Source: Leptospira biflexa
GTDB lineage: Bacteria > Spirochaetota > DYNZ01
Assembly (NCBI GenBank): GCA_020720805.1
Contig: DYNZ01000002.1
Location: 1,861-65,860, forward strand
Length of the DNA stretch: 64,000 bases
Direction of reading: 5' to 3'
Both the position numbers and the translations under genes were made by a program. The notes beneath the pieces were generated by a model. The model saw only the letters and a list, made by a program, of their open reading frames with translations. It did not search any database and was not told where the DNA came from. Shown in pieces: positions 33,641-44,335 of this stretch (position 1 is the first letter of the stretch; each line of letters starts with the position of its first letter).

Positions 33641-34192
33641 ATGGCTGCTAGATTAAAAGAAAAATATGAGAAAGAGATCCGGAAGAGTCTAATGGATCAA
33701 TTTGGATTAAAATCCATAATGCAAGTTCCTAGAATTGAAAAAATTGTACTTAACGTTGGAATGGGTGAAGCGCATGCAAATGCCAAAGCTTTAGAGACAG
33801 CCACAAATGAATTAGCATTAATAAGCGGGCAGAGACCGGTGCGCACAATTGCAAAAAAATCTATTGCAGGATTCAAGATTCGTGAAGGTATGATTTTAGG
33901 AGTTATGGTTACTTTGCGAGGCGATAGAATGTATGAATTTTTTGATCGTCTTTTAACTTTTACGTTGCCTCGCGTAAGAGACTTTAACGGTTTATCTGCT
34001 AAGTCATTTGATAAGCAAGGTAACTACAATTTTTCTGTAAAAGAGCAAATCATATTTCCAGAAATAGATTTTGATAAAGTTGATACAGTTCACGGTATGA
34101 ATATATCTATAGTGACAACAACTCAAAAAATCGATCAAGCAAAAGCCTTGCTAGATGGTTTTGAATTTCCTTTCCGGAAACCTAAAAAGTAA
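33641..34192 (+). CDS. rplE: 50S ribosomal protein L5
   Basis: 183 aa, L5 family, position. Confidence 0.93.
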   Translation: MAARLKEKYEKEIRKSLMDQFGLKSIMQVPRIEKIVLNVGMGEAHANAKALETATNELALISGQRPVRTIAKKSIAGFKIREGMILGVMVTLRGDRMYEFFDRLLTFTLPRVRDFNGLSAKSFDKQGNYNFSVKEQIIFPEIDFDKVDTVHGMNISIVTTTQKIDQAKALLDGFEFPFRKPKK

Positions 34193-34216
34193 CGAAATAA
34201 AGAGTGGAATGCAAAA

Positions 34217-34402
34217 ATGGCTAAAAAATCAATGATTATTAAAACCCAAAGAAAAAGAAAGTATGCGGTTCAATCAAAGAATCGATGCAAATTATGTGGT
34301 CGTCCTAGGGGTTATATGCGTAGATTCCAAATGTGTCGTATATGTTTTCGGAAATTGGCCAGTGAGGGGTTGATTCCAGGTGTAACAAAATCTTCCTGGT
34401 AA
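34217..34402 (+). CDS. rpsN: 30S ribosomal protein S14, zinc-binding type Z (61 aa)
   Basis: [15 protein letters not shown] tetracysteine, 61 aa. Confidence 0.93.
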   Translation: MAKKSMIIKTQRKRKYAVQSKNRCKLCGRPRGYMRRFQMCRICFRKLASEGLIPGVTKSSW

Positions 34403-34436
34403 ATAGAGTTAAGATAATAATGTAAGGTGAGAAATT

Positions 34437-34835
34437 ATGAGTATCAGTGATCCAATTTCAGATTTATTAACAAGAATACGCAATGCAATAGATGCCAAAC
34501 ATCCGCGTGTTGATGTGCCAGGATCAAAAATTAAAAATGATATAGTAGATATACTCCGTGATGAAGGGTTCATTCGCGGTTATAAAATTTTTGAGAATGA
34601 AAATAAAAAGACTATTCGAATCTACTTAAAATATTCACCGGAAAATGAGCCAATAGTCTTCGGAATAAAACGGATTTCAAAACCGGGTAGAAGAATTTAC
34701 CAGAAATGGGAAGAAATAAAGCCAATTCATAATAATATTGGAATTTCCATTTTATCTACCTCCAAAGGCGTTATGACGGGCAAGCAAGCCCTTAAAGCGC
34801 ACATTGGTGGTGAAGTAATTGCACATATTTGGTAA
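34437..34835 (+). CDS. rpsH: 30S ribosomal protein S8
   Basis: SDPISDLLTRIRNA, 132 aa. Confidence 0.95.
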   Translation: MSISDPISDLLTRIRNAIDAKHPRVDVPGSKIKNDIVDILRDEGFIRGYKIFENENKKTIRIYLKYSPENEPIVFGIKRISKPGRRIYQKWEEIKPIHNNIGISILSTSKGVMTGKQALKAHIGGEVIAHIW

Positions 34836-34856
34836 ACTTAATTAAAGGTAAATAAA

Positions 34857-35426
34857 ATGTCGCGAATTGGATATAAACCGATTTCTGTTCCGCAAGGTGT
34901 TACGATACATTTTGATGAAAAAAAAATAGAAATCACCGGACCAAAAGGAACTGAAAGCGCTCCTTTATTTTTAGGAATCAATGTTCTCCTGAATGAAAAT
35001 ATTCTTAAAATTGACAGGGACGAAAATTTATTGCCAAAAGGATCAAACCAGAAGGCGAAAAAGCAACTAAAAGCCCTTCATGGGTTGGTTCGATCTTTGG
35101 TAAATAATTGTATTATTGGAACTACATCTGGGTTTGTTCGCACTCTTGAGATTAAAGGTGTAGGATATAGAGCACAGCAAAAGGGTAGAGATGTTCAATT
35201 GCAATTAGGTTTTAGCCATGAAGTATTCTTCAAGGTACCGGAAAAAGTTGATGTGATCGTTAAAACACCTACGGAAATTATAATTAGCGGGACAAATAAA
35301 GAATTAGTCGGTCAAGTAGCCTCTGATATACGTGGCCTCAAGAAACCTGAACCTTATAAAGGTAAAGGAATTCGCTATAAAGAAGAACATGTAATCATGA
35401 AAGCCGGTAAGGTAGGAAAAAAATAA
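34857..35426 (+). CDS. rplF: 50S ribosomal protein L6
   Basis: MSRIGYKPISVPQGV, 189 aa. Confidence 0.93.
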   Translation: MSRIGYKPISVPQGVTIHFDEKKIEITGPKGTESAPLFLGINVLLNENILKIDRDENLLPKGSNQKAKKQLKALHGLVRSLVNNCIIGTTSGFVRTLEIKGVGYRAQQKGRDVQLQLGFSHEVFFKVPEKVDVIVKTPTEIIISGTNKELVGQVASDIRGLKKPEPYKGKGIRYKEEHVIMKAGKVGKK

Positions 35427-35794
35427 TGAAAACAGATGTTCGTAAAAGATTACAAGTTGCAAAAACGAAAACACGCATTAAAGCAAAAATAAAAAAAAGC
35501 GGTAAATTCAGATTAGCTTTTTTTAGAGGCAATAAAAATTTTTATGCACAAATTATTGATGATGTCAAGGGAATAACATTGGTAGCCGCAGCTACGAATG
35601 AAAAAGGTTTTGCTGAAAGTAGAGAGAAAAATCTGGCAAATATTGACAGTGCAGTCAAGTTGGGAAAAATTTTGGCAGAGAGGGCAAAAGAGAAATCTAT
35701 AACAACAGTTGTATTTGACCGAGCGGGAAAGCTATATCATGGGAAAGTAAAAGCGTTTGCCGATTCCGTAAGAGAAAATGGAATTGAGATCTAA
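35426..35794 (+). CDS. rplR: 50S ribosomal protein L18
   Basis: 122 aa, L18 family, position. Confidence 0.9.
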   Translation: MKTDVRKRLQVAKTKTRIKAKIKKSGKFRLAFFRGNKNFYAQIIDDVKGITLVAAATNEKGFAESREKNLANIDSAVKLGKILAERAKEKSITTVVFDRAGKLYHGKVKAFADSVRENGIEI

Positions 35795-35869
35795 AAATAA
35801 TCTCATCAAAATCTAAAATTTATTAGATTTGTATTTATAAATGTAGTCAGGTTTTTAAGGAGCATTAAA

Positions 35870-36466
35870 TTGAATACCTCAAGAAAAAAAATGGTTAATT
35901 CACAAGATTTAGAATTAACAGAAAAGGTTATAAAAATAAATCGAGTAGCCAAGGTAGTAAAAGGTGGACGTCGATTTTCATTTAATGCACTATCTGTAGT
36001 AGGTGACAGCCAAGGGCATATTGGAATTGGATTTGGTAAAGCGAATGAGGTGCCAGATGCAATCCGTAAAAGTGTAGAAAATGCAAAAAAAGTAATCGTA
36101 AAGATTGAAACAAAACGGAATACAATTCCTCATGAAATTATAAGTAAATATAAGACTTCTACTGTCATATTAAGACCGGCTTATCCTGGTACAGGTATTA
36201 AGGCCGGTGATGCGGTTCGATCTGTTGTAGAAATAGTTGGAATTAAAGATATTTTAACTAAAGTTCATGGATCTAGAAACCAAATGAACGTCGTTAAGGC
36301 TACTTTTCTGGGATTATTGCAATTAAGAAATCATTTTGATGTAGCAAAGCAAAGAGAAATCTCCATTGAAAAATTATGGGGGCAGGAAAGTAAGGATAAG
36401 ATATCCAATAATGAACAAAAAGAAATGGGCGTAAACCCAGTCGAAGAAAATCACCCAGAAGCGTAA
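35870..36466 (+). CDS. rpsE: 30S ribosomal protein S5 (TTG start with AAGGAG RBS; C-terminal extension)
   Basis: [42 protein letters not shown]. Confidence 0.93.
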   Translation: MNTSRKKMVNSQDLELTEKVIKINRVAKVVKGGRRFSFNALSVVGDSQGHIGIGFGKANEVPDAIRKSVENAKKVIVKIETKRNTIPHEIISKYKTSTVILRPAYPGTGIKAGDAVRSVVEIVGIKDILTKVHGSRNQMNVVKATFLGLLQLRNHFDVAKQREISIEKLWGQESKDKISNNEQKEMGVNPVEENHPEA

Positions 36467-36522
36467 GTATAAAAAATTATATCTTCGAATTGATAATTTG
36501 AAGTAAGATAAAGGATTTTTTC

Positions 36523-36726
36523 ATGGACCTGAGATCATTAAATGGTAAAAAAGTCGAAATCAAATTGGTTAAAAGTTTGATTGGAACACTGCCAAATCAA
36601 AGAAAAACAGCAAATGCTTTAGGATTAAGAAAAACTGGATCAACGCGTGTTCATTCAGTAAATTCAGTTTTTATTGGAATGTATGAAAAGGTACGGCATC
36701 TTTTGCAGATTCGAATCGCAGAATAG
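36523..36726 (+). CDS. rpmD: 50S ribosomal protein L30
   Basis: 67 aa, KVEIKLVKSLIGTLPNQRKTANALGLRK. Confidence 0.88.
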   Translation: MDLRSLNGKKVEIKLVKSLIGTLPNQRKTANALGLRKTGSTRVHSVNSVFIGMYEKVRHLLQIRIAE

Positions 36727-36873
36727 CTCAACTTGAATGGTAAAGAAATTAGCGTCCTTTGCAACAATGCGCAGATATACATTTTTTTTGATTAAAGACG
36801 CTAGATAGTGTAGAAAATTTTTTCTTTGCACTATAATTTCATTTTGTAAAATATAGTATTATGGGAAAATAAT

Positions 36874-37482
36874 ATGTTCGGTAAAAAAAATAAAGAAGCC
36901 ACCAAAACTGCTGGAAAAGCGAGACAGGCCAAGAAAAAACGTGAACCAAAACCTTATGATGGATCATTAAATCTGTCTCCAGAAGAGGGCTCAACGTTTT
37001 CTAAAAAAAGATTAGGACGTGGGCCAGGCTCTGGTTTGGGAAAAACCAGCGGACGCGGCCAAAAAGGGCAAGGCTCTAGAAGCGGCAGCAATAGTCGGCC
37101 GGGATTTGAGGGCGGACAAATGCCCTTACAAAGGAGGATTCCGAAACGGGGATTTACGAATGTCCTTAAAATCGAATATCAAGTTATAAATTTAAGCGAC
37201 CTTGATATTATTTCCGGAGAAGAAACCATCAATAAAAATTTGCTTTTACAACAAAGAATAATTAACAAAAAGAATTTACCGATTAAGCTTTTGGCCAATG
37301 GAGATATCAATAAAGCAATTACCATAGAGGTAGATAAAGCTTCTAAGATGGCCATTGAAAAAATAGAAAAAGCCGGAGGAAAAATAATTTTTCCGGAAGT
37401 TCTAGAACGACGAAAAAAGTTTGAGAAAAAAGATACTTCAGCCAAAGTATCAAGAAAATTAAAAAAATATCAAAACGGCTGA
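36874..37482 (+). CDS. rplO: 50S ribosomal protein L15 (with about 24-aa Lys-rich N-terminal extension)
   Basis: LNLSPEEGS..KRLGRGPGSGLGKTSGRGQKGQGSRSG. Confidence 0.9.
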   Translation: MFGKKNKEATKTAGKARQAKKKREPKPYDGSLNLSPEEGSTFSKKRLGRGPGSGLGKTSGRGQKGQGSRSGSNSRPGFEGGQMPLQRRIPKRGFTNVLKIEYQVINLSDLDIISGEETINKNLLLQQRIINKKNLPIKLLANGDINKAITIEVDKASKMAIEKIEKAGGKIIFPEVLERRKKFEKKDTSAKVSRKLKKYQNG

Positions 37483-37505
37483 TTTGATATCAAAATAGCG
37501 GGGTT

Positions 37506-38855
37506 TTGTTTGTGAGCGCGATTATAAATATTTTTCGTATTCCTGAGCTACGAAAAAAAATTCTTATTACATTGGCTTTTTTGATTGTTTATAGAATTGG
37601 TGCTCATATTCCAATTCCCGGAATTAACATTGAATCTCTTAAAGCCTATTTTGATGTGTTAACCCAACAATCGGGAAGAGGATTGCTGGATTTAGTGGAC
37701 CTTTTTGCGGGAGGGGCACTTAAGCGCTTTACAATATTTGCGCTGGGAATCATGCCATATATCTCTTCTTCTATTATTATGCAATTATTGACGGTTGTCA
37801 TTCCTTATTTTGAAAGATTATCAAAAGAGGGGACTGAGGGGCGTAAAAAAATTAATCAATATACCCGATACGGAACTGTGTTAATTACCGCTATTCAGGG
37901 TTTTGCCATGACTTCTTGGATGAAAGGCGTACAGGCGCCAAAAGGATACGATCCAATTGTTGATCCGGCATCCGGTATAACTTTTGTCATAACAGCCATT
38001 ATAATCCTAACAACAGGCACAATGATATTGGTTTGGATAGGAGAACAAATATCAGAATATGGTATTGGTAATGGTATCTCTTTGTTGATTTTTGGTGGTA
38101 TTGTTGTGCAGATACCATCTGGGTTTGTGCAAACCCTGGAGAGAATAAAAACCCATTCCGATCCCATCCTCGGTATGATTTTAGTTTTTTTGTTTTTTGC
38201 CGTAATCGCCTTATCTATATTGCTTACCTTAGGTGTGCGTAAAATTCCCGTGCAATATGGAAAAATGCTTTCTGGTCGGAGAATGGTTCAAATGAGAAGT
38301 CAGCATATTCCCTTACGAGTAAATGCTACCGGGGTTATGCCAATTATCTTTGCAACATCTTTAATTTTATTCCCTGTACAGATGGCACAAGTTGTCAGTA
38401 AAGAATATGCATTTTTTGACAAACTGCAATACTATTTAGCACCGGGACAAATTCCCTATATTATCACTTATGTAGTTTTAGTAATCTTTTTTGCCTATTT
38501 TTACACCGCAATTCAATTTAATCCGAAAGATTTAGCAGATACTATTAAAAAAAATGGTGGTTTTGTTCCTGGGATTAGACCTGGAAAAAATACAGCCGAA
38601 TTTTTAGAATGGATCTTAAATCGGATTACTTTATCAGGCGGTATCTTTCTTGCTGGTATTGCAATTATTCCAGATATTATTATCCGTGTTTGGCCAGAAG
38701 AGGTGCCTACCAGTATGGCCTATCTATTTGGCGGAACCTCCCTACTTATCATAGTTGGAGTTGCGCTGGACACACTAAAGCAGATAGAATCCCAGATGAT
38801 GATGCGTCATTACGAAGGATTTATGAAGAAAGGAAAAATTCGAGGGCGAAATTAA
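37506..38855 (+). CDS. secY: Preprotein translocase subunit SecY (TTG/GTG start)
   Basis: 449 aa, 10 TM, LIVYRIGAHIPIPGIN.., GIMPYISSSIIMQLL. Confidence 0.96.
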   Translation: MFVSAIINIFRIPELRKKILITLAFLIVYRIGAHIPIPGINIESLKAYFDVLTQQSGRGLLDLVDLFAGGALKRFTIFALGIMPYISSSIIMQLLTVVIPYFERLSKEGTEGRKKINQYTRYGTVLITAIQGFAMTSWMKGVQAPKGYDPIVDPASGITFVITAIIILTTGTMILVWIGEQISEYGIGNGISLLIFGGIVVQIPSGFVQTLERIKTHSDPILGMILVFLFFAVIALSILLTLGVRKIPVQYGKMLSGRRMVQMRSQHIPLRVNATGVMPIIFATSLILFPVQMAQVVSKEYAFFDKLQYYLAPGQIPYIITYVVLVIFFAYFYTAIQFNPKDLADTIKKNGGFVPGIRPGKNTAEFLEWILNRITLSGGIFLAGIAIIPDIIIRVWPEEVPTSMAYLFGGTSLLIIVGVALDTLKQIESQMMMRHYEGFMKKGKIRGRN

Positions 38856-38983
38856 ATTATTAGCCTAGAATATTAAGCTTGACAGTACAAGGTAATTTTT
38901 TTTTCTGATTCCTTCCTTTGGCTAATAACTTTGGAATAAGTTGTTATTTTTAGGAGATTTTTTTTAATAGATTCGAGGTAAGG

Positions 38984-39205
38984 ATGGCTGAAAAAGAAGA
39001 GGCCATACGCGTAGAGGGAATAGTTAAAGAACCATTGCCGAATGCGATGTTTAATGTGGAATTGGAAAATGGGCATAAGATTTTAGCTCATATTTCCGGG
39101 AAAATGAGAATGCATTACATTAGAATTCTTCCGGGGGATAAAGTAACGGTTGAATTATCCCCTTATGATTTAACCCGGGGAAGAATTGTATTTCGTGAAA
39201 AGTAG
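38984..39205 (+). CDS. infA: Translation initiation factor IF-1
   Basis: 73 aa, [32 protein letters not shown]. Confidence 0.95.
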   Translation: MAEKEEAIRVEGIVKEPLPNAMFNVELENGHKILAHISGKMRMHYIRILPGDKVTVELSPYDLTRGRIVFREK

Positions 39206-39253
39206 AAATAAAGAGCTAACTTCTTTAATTTAGGTTAGCTATAGGAGAGATTA

Positions 39254-39367
39254 ATGAAAGTGCGAGTTTCTGTAAAAAAAATATGTAAAGACTGTCGCAT
39301 CATAAAGCGCAAGGGTGTAGTAAGAATTATCTGCAAAAATCCCAGGCATAAGCAAAGACAGAAATAG
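39254..39367 (+). CDS. rpmJ: 50S ribosomal protein L36 (37 aa; below ORF-track size cutoff, translated by hand)
   Basis: [37 protein letters not shown]. Confidence 0.9.
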   Translation: MKVRVSVKKICKDCRIIKRKGVVRIICKNPRHKQRQK

Positions 39368-39406
39368 TTATTTTTAAATATAGAGGAATCTTAAAAGGAT
39401 AATTTC

Positions 39407-39775
39407 ATGGCGAGAATAGCGGGTGTTGATTTACCGAATAATAAACGTATTGAAGTAGCTTTAACCTATATTTATGGGATTGGGCCGACCTCTGCAAAAA
39501 AAATTTTGAAGCAATCTCAAGTAGATTCAAACCTTCGTGTTAAGGACATGGACGAGAATGCTATCAATGAAATTCGAAAAATCATTGAAAATGAGTATAG
39601 GGTTGAAGGTGACCTGAGAACTGAAATCACCTTAAGTATCAAAAGGTTAATGGATATTGGATGCTACCGTGGTTTACGTCATCGCAAAGGATTGCCCGTT
39701 CGTGGTCAAAATACCAAAACGAATGCGCGTACGAGAAAAGGGCATAAGAAGACTGTGCCGAATAAGAAAAAATAA
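39407..39775 (+). CDS. rpsM: 30S ribosomal protein S13
   Basis: [26 protein letters not shown]. Confidence 0.95.
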   Translation: MARIAGVDLPNNKRIEVALTYIYGIGPTSAKKILKQSQVDSNLRVKDMDENAINEIRKIIENEYRVEGDLRTEITLSIKRLMDIGCYRGLRHRKGLPVRGQNTKTNARTRKGHKKTVPNKKK

Positions 39776-39825
39776 ATCGATCCGGTAACGAAGGACAACC
39801 AAATAAAAAAGGCGGAATTTATAGC

Positions 39826-40206
39826 ATGAGTCGTAAAGAAAAAAAGAAAGTTAAACTGAATGTACCCAAAGGTGTGGTGCATATCAAGGCAACTTTTAAC
39901 AATACTATTATATCAATTTCGGACTTGCAGGGAAATGTTGTATCTTGGTCCTCTGCAGGAGCATTGAATTTTAAGGGATCTAGAAAATCTACTCCCTTTG
40001 CTGCGCAATCAGCTGCAAAAGAAGCAGCTATGAAGGCTGTTGATGCTGGCATGAGAGAGGTTGATATTCTCGTTAAAGGTCCAGGAATTGGGCGTGAGAG
40101 TGCTATTAGAGCCATTTATGCCTCTGGATTAGAAATAAAATATATTAAAGATGTAACACCGATTCCTCACAATGGCTGTCGACCACCGAAGCGCAGAAGA
40201 GTATAA
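39826..40206 (+). CDS. rpsK: 30S ribosomal protein S11
   Basis: [30 protein letters not shown]. Confidence 0.95.
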   Translation: MSRKEKKKVKLNVPKGVVHIKATFNNTIISISDLQGNVVSWSSAGALNFKGSRKSTPFAAQSAAKEAAMKAVDAGMREVDILVKGPGIGRESAIRAIYASGLEIKYIKDVTPIPHNGCRPPKRRRV

Positions 40207-40247
40207 CCATTTTTCGGATTATTGTAGCGAAGCAACGGGAGGGTTGA

Positions 40248-41213
40248 ATGGCAATTAAAAGCCTGCTAAAAGGATTTCAAAGACCCAAAAGGGTAATATT
40301 TCATCATGATGAGATCAACGAAGATTACGGAAAATTTATAGTAGAACCTTTTGAAAAAGGGTATGGCATTACACTTGGAAACGCATTGCGGAGAACTTTG
40401 CTAACTAGTATTGAAGGAGCCGCAATTTCAACTATTAAGATTGAAGGAATTCAACATGAATTTTCTGTAATTCCTGGTGTGCAAGAAGATGTAACAAGAA
40501 TTATTTTAAATTTAAAACGAGTTAAAATTAAATATCGAAAAGAAGAACCAAGGACATTTCATAAGGTTTTTCAAGGACCTACTGTACTAAAGGCTGGAGA
40601 TTTGGTTGATGATCCGGACGTTGAAATAAGAAATAAAGATCTAGTCATCGCTAATATCAATGAAGATGGTATCATTGATATCTCCTTTCAGGTAGAATCA
40701 GGAAGAGGATATCTACTCGGTGATAGCTCGAGAATGAATAATGAAACTCTTGGTATTATTCCTATCGATGCAATTTTTTCCCCAGTTGAGCGGGTTAATT
40801 TTCGAGTAGAAAATACCCGTGTTGGGCAAAGAACAGATTTTGATAAACTGGTACTCGAAATTTGGACCGATGGAACAATTTCCCCTGAGGATGCATTAGC
40901 ACAAGCTGCTAAAATATTGAAAGATCATATGACGATCTTTATCAATTTTGAAGAGGATTTTGAAACCGAGCAAGAAGAAATTGATGAAGATCTTGAAAAA
41001 TTAAAAACATTGTTATCGAAGACAATTGAAGAGTTAGAATTTTCAGTACGCACTTATCATTGTGTAAAAAATATGGAAGTTTTTTCATTAAAAGAATTAG
41101 TTCGTAAAACTGAGGAAGAAATCCGTAAGGCAAGACATTATTCTGAAAAAAGTCTTGATGAGATCAAAGCAAAGCTTGCGGAATACAATCTGACTCTTGG
41201 AATGAAAGAATAA
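40248..41213 (+). CDS. rpoA: DNA-directed RNA polymerase subunit alpha (directly follows rpsK; no rpsD in this operon)
   Basis: GYGITLGNALRRTLLTSIEGAAI.., C-terminal alpha-CTD. Confidence 0.95.
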   Translation: MAIKSLLKGFQRPKRVIFHHDEINEDYGKFIVEPFEKGYGITLGNALRRTLLTSIEGAAISTIKIEGIQHEFSVIPGVQEDVTRIILNLKRVKIKYRKEEPRTFHKVFQGPTVLKAGDLVDDPDVEIRNKDLVIANINEDGIIDISFQVESGRGYLLGDSSRMNNETLGIIPIDAIFSPVERVNFRVENTRVGQRTDFDKLVLEIWTDGTISPEDALAQAAKILKDHMTIFINFEEDFETEQEEIDEDLEKLKTLLSKTIEELEFSVRTYHCVKNMEVFSLKELVRKTEEEIRKARHYSEKSLDEIKAKLAEYNLTLGMKE

Positions 41214-41236
41214 GGAATTAAAAAAGGGATAATATT

Positions 41237-41701
41237 ATGCGCAAGCTCAACAATGTAAAACAATTAGGACGCACACACTCCCATCGGAAAGCGATGTTTG
41301 CAAATATGGCGACATCTTTTTTTATGCATGAAAAAATTGTCAGCACGCGTCCTAAATTAAAAGTATTGCAAGGGTATGTAGAACGACTTATTTCCCGGGC
41401 GAAGAAATTAAATGTTGAAACTGATGCTGGCAAAGTTCTTCATCATAAGCGGGAAATTATGCGGTTTATTAAAAACCGTGATATTATAGTTAAACTATAT
41501 GGCGATATTGCGCAACGAAATCAGGAGAGACAGGGTGGATATACAAGAATCATAAATCTACCTAGACGCAATAGTGATGCTGCTCCTATGGCTATGATCG
41601 AATTGATAGAATTCAGAGAGCCGGAAAAAAAATCAAAAAGTTCTGAAAGGAATGCAGCGAAGAAAACCGGTGATAAAAAAGACAAAAAAGATAAGAAATG
41701 A
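41237..41701 (+). CDS. rplQ: 50S ribosomal protein L17 (Lys-rich C-terminal tail)
   Basis: LGRTHSHRKAMFANMATS. Confidence 0.93.
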   Translation: MRKLNNVKQLGRTHSHRKAMFANMATSFFMHEKIVSTRPKLKVLQGYVERLISRAKKLNVETDAGKVLHHKREIMRFIKNRDIIVKLYGDIAQRNQERQGGYTRIINLPRRNSDAAPMAMIELIEFREPEKKSKSSERNAAKKTGDKKDKKDKK

Positions 41702-41758
41702 ACATCTTTTCTTCATTGAAAATATGAGTTTGCTTTTTAGTGGCATAAACGGTAAAAA

Positions 41759-41787
41759 GGGTGTTCCAACGGACACCCTTTTTTTTT
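41759..41787 (+). terminator. Rho-independent terminator after rplQ (GGGTGTTCC-AAC-GGACACCC + T9)
   Basis: GC hairpin with 9-T run read directly. Confidence 0.8.
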
Positions 41788-41843
41788 ATAGTTAATGATT
41801 TTTTATTATCCTATTAACAATCCATTTATGATAAGGATTTCTC

Positions 41844-42647
41844 ATGAGCTTTGATTACGCGGTAGAAAAAAATATAGATCAACCGCATTCCTTTGTTGTT
41901 GAAACTGGGAAATTTAAGGGTCCACTTGATTTATTGTGGAGTTTAATTATTAAATCTAAACTTGAAATAACTGAGATATCGTTATCAAAAATTACAAAAG
42001 ATTTTTTAAGTTATTTATCATTGATGAAAATATTAGATATTGAGTTAAGTTCAGATTTCTCATTAATGGCAAGTAATTTATTGCATTACAAATCAAAAGC
42101 GCTCCTGCCAATTGAGAGCTATGTTGATGAAAATTTTGAGCCACCTCTACCGCCTGAACTTGTCCAGCAATTAATGGAATATAAAAAATTTCAGCAAGCC
42201 GCTCATAATCTTGAAAGTTTGGAGCAGCAGACGAATGAAATCTATATTCGCAAAACAGAACAGATGATTTTAGAATTTCCAGACGACCAGAACTGGAAGG
42301 AGGTGAGTATCCTTGATTTACTTACTGCATTTTCTAAAATTGCCGCTGGTTACCAACTAGAGAAAAAAACTATCAAGAAGATAGTAATTAAGGAATACAC
42401 CGTTGCGGAAAGTATAGCTAAAATTAGAAATAAATTAATATTTAGCGAAAGTTTTATCTTTTTGGATTTATTCGCCGAAAAAACTGAACCTATTGAGATT
42501 GTTGCAACTTTTTTAGCTATTCTGGAAATGGTGAAACTAAAAGAAATTATTATCAGGCAGCATACATTGTTTGGCGATATCCGAGTATTTAAAGGACAGA
42601 TTAGCGAAGCCTTAACTGGATCTAGCCAATTTAATTTGACAAATTAG
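41844..42647 (+). CDS. scpA: Segregation and condensation protein A (kleisin)
   Basis: GKFKGPLDLLWSLIIKSKLEITEISLSKITKDFLSYL, 267 aa. Confidence 0.85.
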   Translation: MSFDYAVEKNIDQPHSFVVETGKFKGPLDLLWSLIIKSKLEITEISLSKITKDFLSYLSLMKILDIELSSDFSLMASNLLHYKSKALLPIESYVDENFEPPLPPELVQQLMEYKKFQQAAHNLESLEQQTNEIYIRKTEQMILEFPDDQNWKEVSILDLLTAFSKIAAGYQLEKKTIKKIVIKEYTVAESIAKIRNKLIFSESFIFLDLFAEKTEPIEIVATFLAILEMVKLKEIIIRQHTLFGDIRVFKGQISEALTGSSQFNLTN

Positions 42648-42665
42648 TTTATAAATGGGAAAAGT

Positions 42666-43217
42666 ATGAATGCTTCAGAACATGCTTTGCAGGGATTAAT
42701 CGAATCCATATTACTATTAAGCAGTGAACCAGTGCCGATGCCGTATCTGGCCAGGATTACAGGAACCAGCATTGATGACATTAAAATTACCTTAAATCAG
42801 ATGATTGATACCTATTTGGAAAGAGACGGCGGTATTGTTATATTGGAAATTGCCGGGGGCTATCAATTTGCCACAAATCGAAAGTATGCTGATATTCTCC
42901 GCCCATTATTCGACCAAAAAAAATCGGAGCGTCTTACAAAGAGCGCTATGGAAGTTCTGGCTATTATAGCCTATAAGCAGCCTATACATGTAGCCGCTAT
43001 CGATGAGATTCGCGGCGCATCTTCCAGGGGTCATATCGCTATTCTACTACAACGTGGATTTATCGTGCCATTGCATAGATTAGAGCTACCTGGAAGACCA
43101 ATGGCCTACGGTACTACCCAGGAATTTTTAAAATATTTTCACCTTAACTCTTTGACTGATATGCCAAAATTGAACGAAATAAAAGAATTTCAATTGGAAT
43201 CACTTTCGGGGGAATAA
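42666..43217 (+). CDS. scpB: Segregation and condensation protein B
   Basis: LIESILLLSSEPVPMPYLARITG..ILEIAGGYQFAT, 183 aa. Confidence 0.85.
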   Translation: MNASEHALQGLIESILLLSSEPVPMPYLARITGTSIDDIKITLNQMIDTYLERDGGIVILEIAGGYQFATNRKYADILRPLFDQKKSERLTKSAMEVLAIIAYKQPIHVAAIDEIRGASSRGHIAILLQRGFIVPLHRLELPGRPMAYGTTQEFLKYFHLNSLTDMPKLNEIKEFQLESLSGE

Positions 43218-43222
43218 AATAG

Positions 43223-44317
43223 ATGACGAAAGAGAATGATCAAGAGAATATACTAAACGAATTGCGGAGCAAGATCGATTTTTTAGATTCGCAATTAATT
43301 GAATTGATAAATAAGCGTTCAGAATTTGTTATTAAAATTGGTAAGTTTAAGGAAAAGCAAGAGAGTCCGCTATATCGGCCTGTTCGAGAGCAAAAAATTT
43401 ATGATACCATTGCCAAAATTAATAAGGGACCATTTAAAACGGAATCCTTTCTATCGGTATATCGGGAAATTATGTCAGGATCGTTGTCATTAGAGGGTGA
43501 GTTGTCCGTTGCTTATTTAGGTCCTGAAGCCACATTTACCCATCTGGCTGCAAAAAAAAAATTTGGCAGTAGTGTCACCTTGGAGCCATTATCTTCAATT
43601 CCTGAGATTTTCGAAAAAGTCGAGAACGGTAAATATACCTATGGAATCGTACCAATCGAAAACTCCAACGAAGGAATGGTGACTCATACTCTTGATGAAT
43701 TTATTGACTCTGAGCTTTTTATTTATTCAGAGCTTTTCCTGAATATATCTCATTGCCTCTTATCCAATGCGGAAAATATTCTTAAAATTAAAAAAGTTTA
43801 TTCACATAGACAGTCTCTTGGGCAATGCAAAATGTGGCTTATGGAGAATATGCCGAATGTTGAATTGGTAGAGACGTCCTCCAATGCTAAAGCAGCCATC
43901 AGGGCAAAAAGTGAAATGTTTAGCGCTGCTATAGCTTCTGATATTTCCGCTGAATTGTATGAACTAAAAATTTTGGCAAAAGATATTCAGGATTTTTCAA
44001 ATAATGTTACACGATTTTTGATAATCGGTAAGGATCTAAACCAGATATCCAACAATGATAAAACATCAATTTTATGTTCTATAAAAGATCGTCCGGGCGC
44101 TTTATTTGAGATGATTGAACCTTTTTATCGTCATAAAATCAATATGACTAAAATAGAATCAAGACCAACCAAAAAGCAACTCTGGGAGTATAATTTTTTT
44201 ATCGATTTTATTGGGCATTATCAAGAACCAAAAGTTCAACAATTATTGGAAGAGTTGCGATCCAAAGCCTTACATGTAAAATTTTTGGGTTCCTATCCCA
44301 AGGGCTTAACCTACTAA
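43223..44317 (+). CDS. pheA: Bifunctional chorismate mutase / prephenate dehydratase (P-protein)
   Basis: N-terminal CM helix (LRSKIDFLDSQLIELINKRSEF), PDT domain, C-terminal ACT. Confidence 0.85.
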   Translation: MTKENDQENILNELRSKIDFLDSQLIELINKRSEFVIKIGKFKEKQESPLYRPVREQKIYDTIAKINKGPFKTESFLSVYREIMSGSLSLEGELSVAYLGPEATFTHLAAKKKFGSSVTLEPLSSIPEIFEKVENGKYTYGIVPIENSNEGMVTHTLDEFIDSELFIYSELFLNISHCLLSNAENILKIKKVYSHRQSLGQCKMWLMENMPNVELVETSSNAKAAIRAKSEMFSAAIASDISAELYELKILAKDIQDFSNNVTRFLIIGKDLNQISNNDKTSILCSIKDRPGALFEMIEPFYRHKINMTKIESRPTKKQLWEYNFFIDFIGHYQEPKVQQLLEELRSKALHVKFLGSYPKGLTY

Positions 44318-44335
44318 TCGATAACAAGAAGCCAC

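Noticed and set aside
38856-38983. Possible missing adk/map between secY and infA
   Set aside because: A 128-bp gap cannot hold either gene. The absence is real for this locus, not an annotation miss.
40248-41213. Expected rpsD (S4) after rpsK
   Set aside because: The translated protein is clearly RpoA (GYGITLGNALRR). S4 must be encoded elsewhere, as in Firmicutes and spirochaetes.
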